A stretch of DNA of 64,000 bases from Marsupella aquatica. Lineage: Eukaryota; Plantae; Marchantiophyta. The stretch is taken from positions 8,084,963 to 8,148,962 of the forward strand of contig OZ316893.1 in NCBI GenBank assembly GCA_973895155.1, written 5' to 3'. This document shows positions 12,801 through 23,864 of this stretch, in pieces. Position numbers and translations under genes: made by a program. The stretch's first letter is position 1, and the number at the start of each line of letters is the position of its first letter. Below the pieces are notes generated by a model. It had not been told where the DNA came from. It searched no databases and was given only the letters and a program-made list of their open reading frames with translations.

Positions 12801-15045
12801 ACTCGACTACCTTAGCACTTAGCTCCGGCGTCGCTGACTCCGATGCCGAGCTCCCTTAAATGGTCCAGGCCCGGATAGGCCATCCGGGAAGGACTTAGCA
12901 CGGGGAGACTTGTGGGCAATGAGATGTGGCACTAGCGAGGCAAGGGGCCAAGCTGGGGACACACACTAAGGACTTGGACTAGCCTATGGCTGGTCGGGTC
13001 AAGAGCAAATGGGTCGGGCTCAAGGATGGTCGTCCGGACTATCGGATGGGCTTTGAGTTGTGAGGGCTTGGGAGTGAGCTCCTCTTGGGCCCAAGGCCAA
13101 TGTAGTTGACGCCATTGGCAACGGACGCTTGGGGTGCAAGTTGTGGTTCGATCTGGGTTGGGCCGGTCGGGGGCCCCGAGCGGCGATTAGACCTGAGGGC
13201 CTAGGCATGAGCACTGGGTCGGCCCGGTCACAATGGGCTAAGGCACTCCGCTTGCGGTTGCCTATCAAGAAATTTATGGGCGTTGCCAGTTGGTGGCGCA
13301 CCCATTATGCGCGATGGGATCCGGGTTGAGGGCCAAATGTTTAGGGACCAAAGTTGGTCCGGGGGTGGCAGGTCTCCTGAAGCATATATGAGGGGAGTGG
13401 TGTCCTCCTGGGGGCTAAGGCCGAGCCGAAGTTGTGAGCCACGGCGGTCGCGACACTAAGGGAAACCGCCAAACGGACATGGCGATATCTTCCCAACGGG
13501 AAGTCCGTTGGAGGACTTCTTGGATGCGTTGGAAAGCTCTTGAGGAGGGCGCCCTCCTGAGCTCAGATGGGTTTGGGGGTGCCAGGGGTTCTCGTGGTTT
13601 GTGGGTGTTAGCTTGCCCGCTTGCCAAATCCTGTCGAACAACAGCCAAGCCGCGTTCAGCCTCCCAAGGGAACTTGCATTGGGGAGGCAAGGCCAAGTAG
13701 GTACGGAGGCTGAGTCCCAAGGGCGCTTGGTCCCTAGATCATCGGTGGGGCGAACCGGGAGCGGTTGTTAGAGTCGGGGCCGTTCTGGTCCCGGTGTGTT
13801 GAGACAAGCTTGGGACAAGCTTTAGGACAAGCTACGCTACTTGGGCCATGAGCATGTCCTGAGGTTAGGGCGGTCAGTTGGTGATGGATAGGTACGAGCT
13901 CGGGTACGAGGGGGAACTAGGGCCGCGCCCAAGGAAGGAGTTGTCCTGGACGGACAGTGGGCGTGGGTTCTGATTCTGGCTTATGGCATCGGGAGGACCT
14001 ATCACTGACCTATTTACCAACGTCTGTTGAGCTTGAGTTAGGATGCTAGACTTGGCAAGTTTTAGATCCGGAGGGGTTACTTACCGAGGTGTTTGGTTGC
14101 TTGTGTAGACAGTGAGGACTGTTGAGTAGCGGTCGTGTAGGTGAGCAAGTGCAGCTTTGTATGGGAGAGGCCACAGGGGTGCTAGAGGCACTTGGATCCT
14201 TGCTCAAGGTATTCCATGGAGGCGTTTGGGCACCAAGGACACTTAGGCGCAAGTACCCGTAAACCTGTTTCCTGTTTACTGTCACGCGTGCCATACGCGG
14301 CGTCACATTTCAAGCTTTCAGTTGCATCCTGCCCCACAGATGCAATTGAGAGAGGTCATATGTCTAAGGTTCCCTATGATAGTGTTGTGGGCAATGTATC
14401 TTATGGTTTGTACTAGGCCCAATATAGCACATGTTGTTGGATTGGTGAGCAGTGTCATGGCTAATCCAGGAAAGATACATTGGGAAGCAGTGAAGTGGAT
14501 ATTACGTTATCTACAGGGAACCTCTACTGTTGGACTGCTGTTTGATGCACACAGTGAAGATGCAGAATCATTGATTGGCTATGTGGACTCTGACTATGGA
14601 GGAGATTTGGACCAGAAGAATTAAGTCCACCTCAGGATACACTTTCATTCTTGCAGGTAGATGTGTGAGTTGGAGGTCTACAAAACAGAAATGCATATCT
14701 CAGTCTTCTACTGAAGCTGAATATGTGGCAACAGCTGAAGCAACTAAGGAGGCGATTTGGTTAAGCAACTTGGTGAAGGATTTGGGGATTACACAACGCA
14801 TTGTGCTTCTCCATTGTGATAGCAATAGTGCTTTACACATTGCTGCCAACCAAATGACACATGGCAGAGTTAAACATATTGATATCCGGTATCACTTCAT
14901 CAGACAGGCAGTGTCAGCAGGAAAGGTTGAGCTAGTCAAGATTGATGGTAAACTCAATCCAGCTGACATGTTAACCAAGGTTATCCCTCATGGTGATTTT
15001 GCAAGACATTGTAATTCACTGCAGATCTTAGCTTCACATTGCTAG
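9834..15045 (+). pseudogene. Copia gag-pol with stops, frameshifts and an interrupting insertion
   Basis: KYEVEKF..NNFTLW (gag), CWNCGKTGHIKKNC (zinc knuckle), WILDSACSYHM (PR), YIHSDVW and RSDNGGEY (IN), YKARLVAK and YGLKQSPRQW (RT), SSTEAEY and NPADMLTK (RNase H). Confidence 0.95.
12787..14307 (-). mobile_element. Nested, truncated Gypsy-like LTR element fragment
   Basis: GC-rich block interrupting the Copia RT. The minus strand begins TGTGACG at 14307. Gag-like remnant FQRIQEVLQRTSRWEDIAMSVWRFPLV at about 13455-13540. Confidence 0.6.
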
Positions 15046-15078
15046 CAGCTAGCTCAAGGCTAGAGTCAAGGGGGAGTT

Positions 15079-15406
15079 TGTTAGGGTTTTGACTCAACCT
15101 TGGCTAGGTAAACTAGAGTAAGTTAACCGGAGTAACATTAGTTGACTAGACTCTTCATGAAGGGATAATCCTCTTGGTGTCCCATGGAGAGAGAACACTT
15201 AGTTGAGAACTTTGTGAGAGAGAGAGAAAGCTTGGACCATGGAGCTACATGGTGATATGTACTTTTCGTATTCATAGTGAAGCTCTTGGTGCGGCCGTGG
15301 ACGTAGCCTTGACGGGGTGAACCATGTATCTAGCTTTGTCTTGGTGTACCGTAGTGTTGTATGATTGACGATTGTGAGACGTCATGCTGTCCGTTTCGAT
15401 CCTACA
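15079..15406 (+). repeat. Copia 3' LTR
   Basis: TGTTAGGG...CCTACA, preceded by the PPT and followed by the TSD ACTCC. Confidence 0.95.
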
Positions 15407-16439
15407 ACTCCCACCAAGTCAGACTTGTGTGTTTTTAAGTGTTTCTTATTTAAACTCCAAAAATAACTACCGCAGCTTTCCCAAAGGTTAGTGCAAAATT
15501 ACCATCCAGAGTTAAAAATATATATTTACCTTCACAACAACAAGTAGTTAGAGCAAGAGGTAGAGTTTGTGGTCTTGTCGAGAGTATTTACGGATAGAGT
15601 CTTATAGTGCTGAAAAATAAGACACTTAACTGTTGTCAAGATTTCCCCGAGGTGAATTTCAACTGATATTTTACTCATGGCAGGGCATGTGGCAAGTTTG
15701 AATACCTGCACACCTTTGATCAGCAAACTGCCAATTGTCCACTCTGACATCAAGACTTCCAACATTCTCCAAACTTGCACCCACATGAACGTGTGGTGAA
15801 AGCTCAACCCAAATTGCAGCTACTCCCCGATCATTCTCCAACCCAACATTTATTCTCCTCCGTTCATATCAATTTCAGAGAGGGCTCTACAACCCCATAC
15901 ATGGATTGTTTCAGATGGTATGGACTTATATGCTTTGCAATCCAGCTGGACATTGCCAAGGACATATTGTGGGGGAACTTAGAGGTGGGCGAAGAATACA
16001 GGACTGGAGACAATTCATGCCAATAATGATAGCAATATGTTATTCATCCTCACTCCTATCTTGTCAGCAAACATATAATGCTGGTTTGGAAGGCGTATTC
16101 CAGTTATATGCAATATGTTGATTTCTAGTGCAAAGATCAACACTTATAGGGATCTCAATGAGCAAAAGTGGAAAATTTTACCTCTGCCAGTTATAAGCAC
16201 CCGGTTGATTTCTAATACAAAGATCAACACCTACAGACCCCATTGAGCCACATGTAGCCTATGATGACTTATCATGTCTCTGTCCCCAATTGTACAATGC
16301 CCATCCAGTCCAGCTCCCTTGCATGCAACTAATACAGAAAATCATGGTCAATAATAATTCCTTTTGGCAGCATATATCCTAGCTTGGTGCAACTCAGGCT
16401 ACCCGGGAGGCTACCTAGCTTCCATATTTAATTACTAAG

Positions 16440-17000
16440 AATTTATGAGTTTGTGATGTATAGTCTGAGGTATTTGAGCTTGTAGTCCAGAAGCTCTACC
16501 ATAAACACCTAAGGCAATGCCTTCCCCATAGTTATAGTTGTCCTTATCTCCAGGGTTGACTTGGAGTCAGTACACACTCAGCATCAGCCCAGGCTCCATC
16601 CTTGTGTGACAACAAGAACCTGATTAGGCCATGATGGTTAAACCACCCCTGGCCATATAAAAGGAGAAGTGTCCAAGAGTTCTCATTTGTTCTCATCCTT
16701 CTCCAGACTCTACGGTGAGACTTTGCTCCACGACTTTGCTCCACAATTCTCAGGAAAAAAGTACTAAATATGGTGAAACCTGGTGGATCCAGATTGTCAT
16801 GGACAGCAGTGTGTTGAGGCATTCATAGTCATTTGGGTTAACGAGTAAGGCAGCTGTCGTTCACATCTTCCGGTGCCCCTTGCAGGTCTCCTTTCATAAA
16901 TTTGTTTCATGATGCACCTTTCCTCCGACCCAAAAACTCTGTGGCCTTGTAATTGAATAAACTTATTGATGTCTGTGCGAGAGCCCTGCCAAAATCTGAG
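16440..17000 (-). pseudogene. Decayed TPR exon(s) downstream of ARM ORF B
   Basis: Fragments DFGRALA/DINKFIQLQG..EERCIMKQ/KGDLQGAPED and HHGLIRFLLSHKDGAWADAECVL/QVNPGDKDNYNYG lie in shifting frames. Paralog of 960-1330. Confidence 0.6.
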
Positions 17001-17391
17001 ACTGCAAATGAAAGACACCAAGTAGATTCAGATGAGAGGAGAATGAAATTGCCAAAGGAAGATATTATAAGGGTACTGCAATGGTTGTCCTTCTCTACTG
17101 ACACTCAAAATAAAACATGCTTCACAAAACTTCAAGAAACCTCCATCACAACATGCATATATACAACAAAGAGCTCAAGAGATGCTATATTTATACATCT
17201 ATTTTTTACGTATGGTATTTTCACCAAGTGGTAAGATTTCTTACCCTCAAATATAACAAATTTCTGGGTCGATGCTGCCTTGCTATCTTTATAAAGCTGA
17301 AGTGCATTGTCCATCATCATTCCGGCCGGCTACTTCTAACATCACTAATCATCTACCTTGGATCAAATCTTCTATCCAAACATTGGAACTC

Positions 17392-19134
17392 TTAAAGTCT
17401 CTCAAAGACTTTGGGAAATTGGTGGAACTTGACCCTGGTTTTAACATCCTTAAACAACTGTTGTAATGCCAAAGTTGCCCAATCTTGCACATCCTTGCTT
17501 ACATCATCACCCATGAGTGCCACAAGTCTCTCAATCACGTTTGGAAATTGGCCAATCTTCATCCTATTTCCAACATCCATTGCCAACTGTCCTAATGTGA
17601 AAGCTGCCTGTCCTTGTACATCCTCCCTTACATTGTTGGCCAAGAGTGCCACAAGCCTCTCAATTGCATTTGGGAATTGGCCAATCCTCTTCCTGTTTTC
17701 AGCATTCATGGCCAACTCTCCTAATGTGAACGCTGCCTCCCTTTGTACATTATCCCAAGTTACATCATTGTCTAAGAGGGCCACAAGTCTCCCAATCGTA
17801 TCTGGAAATTGGCCAATCGTGATCCTATTGTCAACATCCCTAGCCAAGTGTCCCAATGTGAGAGCTGCCGATTGTTGGACATCCTTGCTTACATCCTCAG
17901 CCAAGAGCGCTACAAGTCTCCCAATTGCATCTGGGAATTGGCAGATCTTGATCCTGTTCTGAACATCCATAGCCAACTCTCCTAATGTGAGAGCTGCAGA
18001 CCGTTGGACATCCTTGCTTACATCCTCAGCCAAGAGCGCTACAAGTCTCTCAATTGCATCTGGAAATTGACCAATCTTGATTCTGTTTTCAACATCCATG
18101 GCCAATTTTCTTAATATATAAGCTACTGGCCCTTGTACATCCTCGCTTATATCCTCGGCCAAGAGTGCCACAAGATTACTATTCACATCTGGGAATTGGC
18201 CAATCTTCAACCTGTTTTCAGAATCCATGACCAACTTTCCTAATATATAAGCTGCTGGTGCTTGAACATCCTCACTTACATCCTTGGCCAAGAGCGCAAC
18301 AAGTCTCTGAACTACATCTGGAAATTGTCCAATCTTCATTCTGTTTTCAAAATCCATGGCCAAGTGTCCTAATGTGTAAGCTGCTGGCCCTTGTACATCC
18401 TCACTTACATCCTCAGCCAAGAGCGCCACAAGGCTCCCAATTGCACCTGGAAATTGGCCAATCTTCATCCTGTTTCCAACATCCATGGCCAACTGGCCTA
18501 ATGTGAGAGCTGCCGACCGTTGAACATCCTGGCACACATCCTCGGCCAAGAGTGCTACAAGTCTCCCAATGGCATGTGGAAAGTGACCGATTTTGATCCT
18601 GTTTACATGATCCATGGCCAACTTTCTTAGTATGTAAGCTGCTGGCGCTTGTACATCCTCGCTGATATCCTCGGCCAAGAGCGCCACGAGTCTCCCAACC
18701 ACATCTGGAAATTGGCTGATCTTGATTCTGTTTTCAAAATCCATGGCCAAATGTCCTAGCGTGAGAGCTGCTGACTGTTGGACATCCTTGCTTACATCCT
18801 CGGCCAAGAGCGCCACAAGTCTTCCAATCGCATCTGGAAATTCACGGATCTTGATCCTGTTTTCAGCATCCATCGCCAATTCTCCTAATGTGAAAGCTGC
18901 AAACCGTTGGACTTCCGCACTCACATCCTCGGCCAAGAGCCCCACAAGTCTCCCAATCATATCGTGGCTCACATCCTCGGCCAAGAGCCCCACAAGTCTC
19001 CCAATCACATTTGGAAACTCGCCAATCGTGATCCTATTTATAACATCCATAGTGAACTCTCGAAATGTGGAAGCTGCATCTTCCCTTACATCCTCAGCCT
19101 GGAGTCTCCCAATGACATTTGAAGATTCGACCAT
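17392..19134 (-). CDS. ARM-repeat protein B (580 aa) with ~12 highly similar 43-aa repeats
   Basis: Uninterrupted ORF with a 129-bp period. Consensus FPDAIGRLVALLAEDVSxDVQxxAAxTLxxLAMDxENRxKIGQ. Confidence 0.85.
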   Translation of the reverse strand: MVESSNVIGRLQAEDVREDAASTFREFTMDVINRITIGEFPNVIGRLVGLLAEDVSHDMIGRLVGLLAEDVSAEVQRFAAFTLGELAMDAENRIKIREFPDAIGRLVALLAEDVSKDVQQSAALTLGHLAMDFENRIKISQFPDVVGRLVALLAEDISEDVQAPAAYILRKLAMDHVNRIKIGHFPHAIGRLVALLAEDVCQDVQRSAALTLGQLAMDVGNRMKIGQFPGAIGSLVALLAEDVSEDVQGPAAYTLGHLAMDFENRMKIGQFPDVVQRLVALLAKDVSEDVQAPAAYILGKLVMDSENRLKIGQFPDVNSNLVALLAEDISEDVQGPVAYILRKLAMDVENRIKIGQFPDAIERLVALLAEDVSKDVQRSAALTLGELAMDVQNRIKICQFPDAIGRLVALLAEDVSKDVQQSAALTLGHLARDVDNRITIGQFPDTIGRLVALLDNDVTWDNVQREAAFTLGELAMNAENRKRIGQFPNAIERLVALLANNVREDVQGQAAFTLGQLAMDVGNRMKIGQFPNVIERLVALMGDDVSKDVQDWATLALQQLFKDVKTRVKFHQFPKVFERL

Positions 19135-20454
19135 GGAGCCTGAGAAATCATTTCAAGCCCAAACTCGGGATTAATGGCCATAGTTAGAGATAAGAGCAAG
19201 GTGGGGGCGTTTCAACCCCTCCATCGAGCACGAAGCCTGAACTCTGTCGGAATTTTGGGACTCAAAATCAAAAGCAACCTCAAGTCTAACAACGCCGAAG
19301 CTGGATCTAGCCATGGACAAATTAAGCAAGCTAATATTGGGAACTATGGGCTAATATGAACTACATAGTGACACTGGACCCAAAACGATCACCTGTGTGT
19401 GTTGCCGGTTGTCGATCAGGAGTCCCTTCATCTAACATGACATCCGAAACAACTACGTTAGATGCTCCAGATGTTGGTTTATTCTTCCGAATCGAGCACC
19501 ACAGACATCACATGCAGAAGCAATGTACTGATTACAGTATCAGCAAGACCAGATACGCGACACAAACTTGTACGATTTTTCGATAATCCGTGTGACAAAG
19601 AACCAGAACATGTCATGATCGCTTTAGATTTATAACTAGTAACAACTAAGCAAATGAAAATCGCGGATGATAGTGTTGGATGCCAGACTGCAAATTGACT
19701 AAAGTTAACAAGAATGAACTTGAGTCAACTCAATTAACAAGACTTCCGAAACCACCAAAATCAGCACCTTGATCCCGACCTTGATTTAACGAGACGAACT
19801 AATTATCTACTTAAAACGTCAATTGGCGAGAAAATGAACGACAACAATTCGATTACACGCCAAAATCCAGATGACGCTAAACGCAAATACTTGGACCCGT
19901 CACCATTCATATTTTAGGAGCCAATCTCTGGCAAAGAGCTGACCTTCTTCATGAATACTTTCGAAAATCTTGGTACACTTGTCCGAAGCTGGTGACGACT
20001 CCGGAGTGAGAACATCATGACCTGGATAGGATTGAACACGAAGTTATTGTTACGATGGATTGGTGGCCAGGATGAGTAGACCAACTTTTCAGATTACACA
20101 GTGGAAAAGCATGGCAAGTCATTCACGGGGCAGAGTCAATGATATCAATCTACTTTGAAAGCCCGTGCTCAAGCTTTCTCGACCACATTGCATTTCATTG
20201 CAGCTTCTGTAAGGTACGTACGGCATTGCGCCAGCTTTGGACTTGTACAATCCATTCTGTACAAAGCTCAAATTGAAGTACAACGCACGTTATCCAAACT
20301 CAGATGTCCCTATTTTAAGACGTATCGTCCCAGAAACATTTTAACAAGGGGTTGAAAGCAAATAAACTATAATCTTCTCGACAGTCAATGCCACTATGAC
20401 GGAACTCTTGCAATCAAGAAGCAGGGTGAAAACTTTCAACAGAACTTCAAAGAA

Positions 20455-23400
20455 TCACCCACCGGACTCCACCAATGTCTCCTTTTCAATCGAGTCGGAT
20501 TCAACCAGAGGAGGCGGAACAGTTCTGGTGCCAGCAGTCACATTGACGTCTGCGTCGGCAACAGTAGTCGTCAATGCAGCGGAGAAAACATCTTCGCCTG
20601 GAAACACTGAAGACACAAGTCTCAGCTCTTGACCTGCGTTTTTGTCAGAGAGACCTTTATCACCATAATCTTTGAATCTTACGAATACATGAGGAAAGCC
20701 AAGACCATGGTGAAAGTCTCTTCAATCTAGCCAATTCTTATTCCATTTTTCAATCTCCGACGCCCGCCTCGGCAATAAATGGAAATATAGTGGCCAGTCT
20801 ACAGTTTTTGAGAATTAAGCCTATTTATGATTAATGAAAGCTACCTTCCTCTTGAGAACCCACAAAGGTGTCCATAGAGTTGTCGAGGACTATTTGAGCT
20901 GCACTGCCAGTAGTTTCTTCCAAGAACTCAGCCTCAAGTATTCGTGGACTTTCAAAAGTAGGTATCCTAAGTCTTTCCACATCATAACCTGCATAAACAG
21001 CCCCATTTGGATCTAAGATGGCTACACTGGTTCTAAAATGCCACTAGTAATTGTCATCAGAGGTAGATTGAAGCCTAGAATGGAAAAACCTGAAAACCAC
21101 AAGATTCAAACTTTTTTTCCTAGGTTAAGGTGGGCTGCACAAGCCAATAGTGTAGAAAGTCCAAAACATGAGTGATAATTACCTGATGGCTGGACTGGTT
21201 GGCGTTGATGCCACCACAACCATGCAGAAAATAAGGTGATGGCAACTATGCTCCATGATATTTGATCAACTAGTTCACCGAAGGTCCCAATGTACATGTA
21301 CTGAACTCCAAAACTTAATTGTACCCATAGTATTGCCAAGCTAGTAATAATGACAATGCTCCAAGGATGCTTCAAACCCTTCAACACTGTAAGAAACCCC
21401 AATAACCACAGACCTCAATGGATAATTTCTCACAGCAAAAATCCCCAAGGTACTTAACACAAATAATTCAATCGGGCAGTATACCAACCACAAACTTGCT
21501 CAAGCTCGGCCTGTTTCAGGTGCAATATTTCCGATACTATGGAAAATTAATATGGAAATATTTATTACATTTGAATGCAAGGTGAATAACCAAAGATTTA
21601 TATCTACTGGGTATGAGATAGAATATATATTATTTGTGACAGTGTGAACTTGATCAATACCTGAAATCCAATATGCTCCCCTCACATTTATGGGCTGACT
21701 TTGTAGCTGAACTATCATCCCATCTACTGTCACAGGACTTGACGCATAAATGTGAAGTTCCCTCAAAAACATTGGAGCCGAATCTTCAAGTAAATTAGGA
21801 TCTTTGCACATGAAGAAGTCTTCCCCATTCTCCGTCTGCATTTATAAACAACACGTCTTTACCATGAAGCCATTTGGATGGTCCACATAATTTATTTATT
21901 TCTTCGAGAGCCTGTACTTACATGCTTTGCTCATTTGTCCACTATGAGAAATTTATTAAACAGTTCAACTATTGGAAATAAACTACACTTAAACTAGAGA
22001 TGGTGTAGGTATGAATGGCTTGTAGCTCAATGGTAGAGCACTAAGATGTATAACAGAGGTCCTAGGTTCAATTCCTAGCCAATCCTTGCTGATGATTCCA
22101 GCATGGGTATCAAAGCCAAAGAAGCTAGCAAGTGTGGCTCAAGGGAGGGTGTTGGAAATGTACCACACTTGAACCAGAGATAGTGTAGACATGAAGGGCA
22201 TGTGGCTCACTCAGTCATACAATTCAACACACTAATGTACATGGAGGTTCTAGGTTCAATTCCAAGCTAGTGCATGCTATTGAAAATTCCAACATTCTTA
22301 TTTGCATCTTGAGAACAGCCATTAAAATTACCATGAGCAGATCTAGTTGTTAAGTCAGCAATCATCTATATCAATTGAAAATTGCCAGCAAACATCCACT
22401 ATGTGCACATACCTTGTAATGATATAAAACTTTTAATGTTTCACTCTTATGCAAGGTTGAAGCTTTCAACGTTGCATTTTGGAGATTAAAACCTCTTATG
22501 GTCCACTTGCTGTCTTCACCTGTACGTACCAAAATTATTGGTTTTTGTGTGATATCTTCATATATCCCAAGAAAATCATTTAGTGTAAATTAGCCTAAAA
22601 CAAGTGTAAATTAGCCTAAAACAAGTGTGACTTTGATAAGCTTTAAAAACGTTTTCCAGATATCAAGGAAAAAAAAAAACATTGCATCTTTAAGTGCTTC
22701 AGTCCAAATTTTTGGTTCTAAGCAGTAGTCTAATGGAATGAAAGATCATGTTCACACCCTATGAGTAGGAGTATGACCGAGTGAAATATTATATTCATTT
22801 ATTCATACATCATTCTAATCATCAAGCCATGATTCTCAGAGCCAATATCCAATAAGAAAACATTGGAAACCTGTCTACTACACATTCTGTACAATTTACC
22901 TGCCAGTATCTCCAATAAGTGCCGAGGAGATCTACTAATATGAGAAATTTGAGGTGTCCACTCATTTTGAAGCCTCCACCAGTGGAGGTGACAGTCTGCA
23001 AATGCAAGGAACATTGATATGACATGAGTAAATGTCATATGTTACTTTCAGGTTTACATTATCAAAGAAACATTACACCTAATATCATGCAATCTAGTTA
23101 CCTAGTTGGAACCAGGGCTGACGATAGTAATCATGAATGATACATCTTCAATCTTATACTGTCACTCTGGAAATTGATCAATTCTTCTCACATAGACCCT
23201 TCTAGAAACTGCAACTATACTTTGATAGCGTTGGTTTGCAGTTACCTTTGTATTTTAGGAGTGCAAAGCTACCAAACTGCAATGTACAATTCTCGTCGAT
23301 CTCCTGGGCTCTTCTCATGCATTGAGTTATCTGCACACTTAAATTATCGAGATCCCGACTTCTTGTTTCACACTGCCAGTACAACACTCTAGAACCAGTC

Positions 23401-23864
23401 AAACTTCTAAAATTTGGTTTTGATTTGAAAATTGCTGGCACATCTTGTGCCAGCAGTTTAGTGGGAATGGTCAGAGAAACGTGATCACTATATACCCCTT
23501 CCGGTCTTGCCTTGTCATAACAGTCGAGCATAGTACGCATGCTCAGAACCTCAGGATCACAAAGTAGAGGATCCTCACGTCGGATGACCGGCGAATCTGG
23601 ACATCGTGTGATGTCAGGATCCTGAGAATGCCATGTCTTACTGTGATCCAAAGGTCTTATGGAAACGGGAAGTCGCCATCTTCTGTGCTTCAGGTAATAA
23701 ATTATCTCGAAGCCAACGTAGTTAGCAGCAATAAGCGCAACTATAATCAGGTATCTCGTTAGCAGGGAGGTGTACTTTTGCAGTGGGGGGGATATATCAC
23801 TACTAATCACATTAACCACGATGGGCATCAGCATAACCACTACAATAAACTTTAGAATTTGCAT
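20455..23864 (-). pseudogene. Multi-exon gene for an unknown membrane protein (2 N-terminal TMs, ~3 C-terminal TMs, acidic tail), disrupted
   Basis: GT-AG exons with compatible phases at about 23864-23244, 22995-22900, 22519-22413, 21911-21650, 21509-21183, 20988-20845 and 20633-20455. There is a frameshift near 21840 and three in-frame stops at about 21415-21455. Confidence 0.65.
21970..22294 (+). mobile_element. TRIM (miniature LTR retrotransposon) with tRNA-like sequence in its LTRs
   Basis: LTR1 at 21970-22103 (tattggaaa...ttccagca) and LTR2 at 22150-22294 (tgttggaaa...ttccaaca). iMet-like PBS tgggtatcaaagcc at 22104-22117 and PPT aagggaggg at 22141-22149. A box at 22023-22033 and B box at 22065-22075. 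No TSD seen. Confidence 0.8.

Larger units (their letters stand above)
8346..15406 (+). mobile_element. Ty1/Copia LTR retrotransposon, defective, both LTRs present
   Basis: LTRs at 8346-8669 and 15079-15406. 5-bp TSD ACTCC at 8341-8345 and 15407-15411. PBS TGGTATCAGAGC at 8672-8683. PPT at 15068-15078. Domain order gag-PR-IN-RT-RH. Confidence 0.97.

Noticed and set aside
15412-16250. Possible further decayed exons beyond the TPR region
   Set aside because: Stops in the frames examined, and no paralogous sequence in the window to support them.
21410-21460. U-to-C RNA editing rescuing the in-frame stops
   Set aside because: That editing is organellar. This is a nuclear intron-containing gene that also has a frameshift, so C-to-T decay is simpler.
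22017-22086. Functional tRNA gene
   Set aside because: No anticodon stem, a poor acceptor stem and no oligo-T terminator; it lies within a TRIM LTR.
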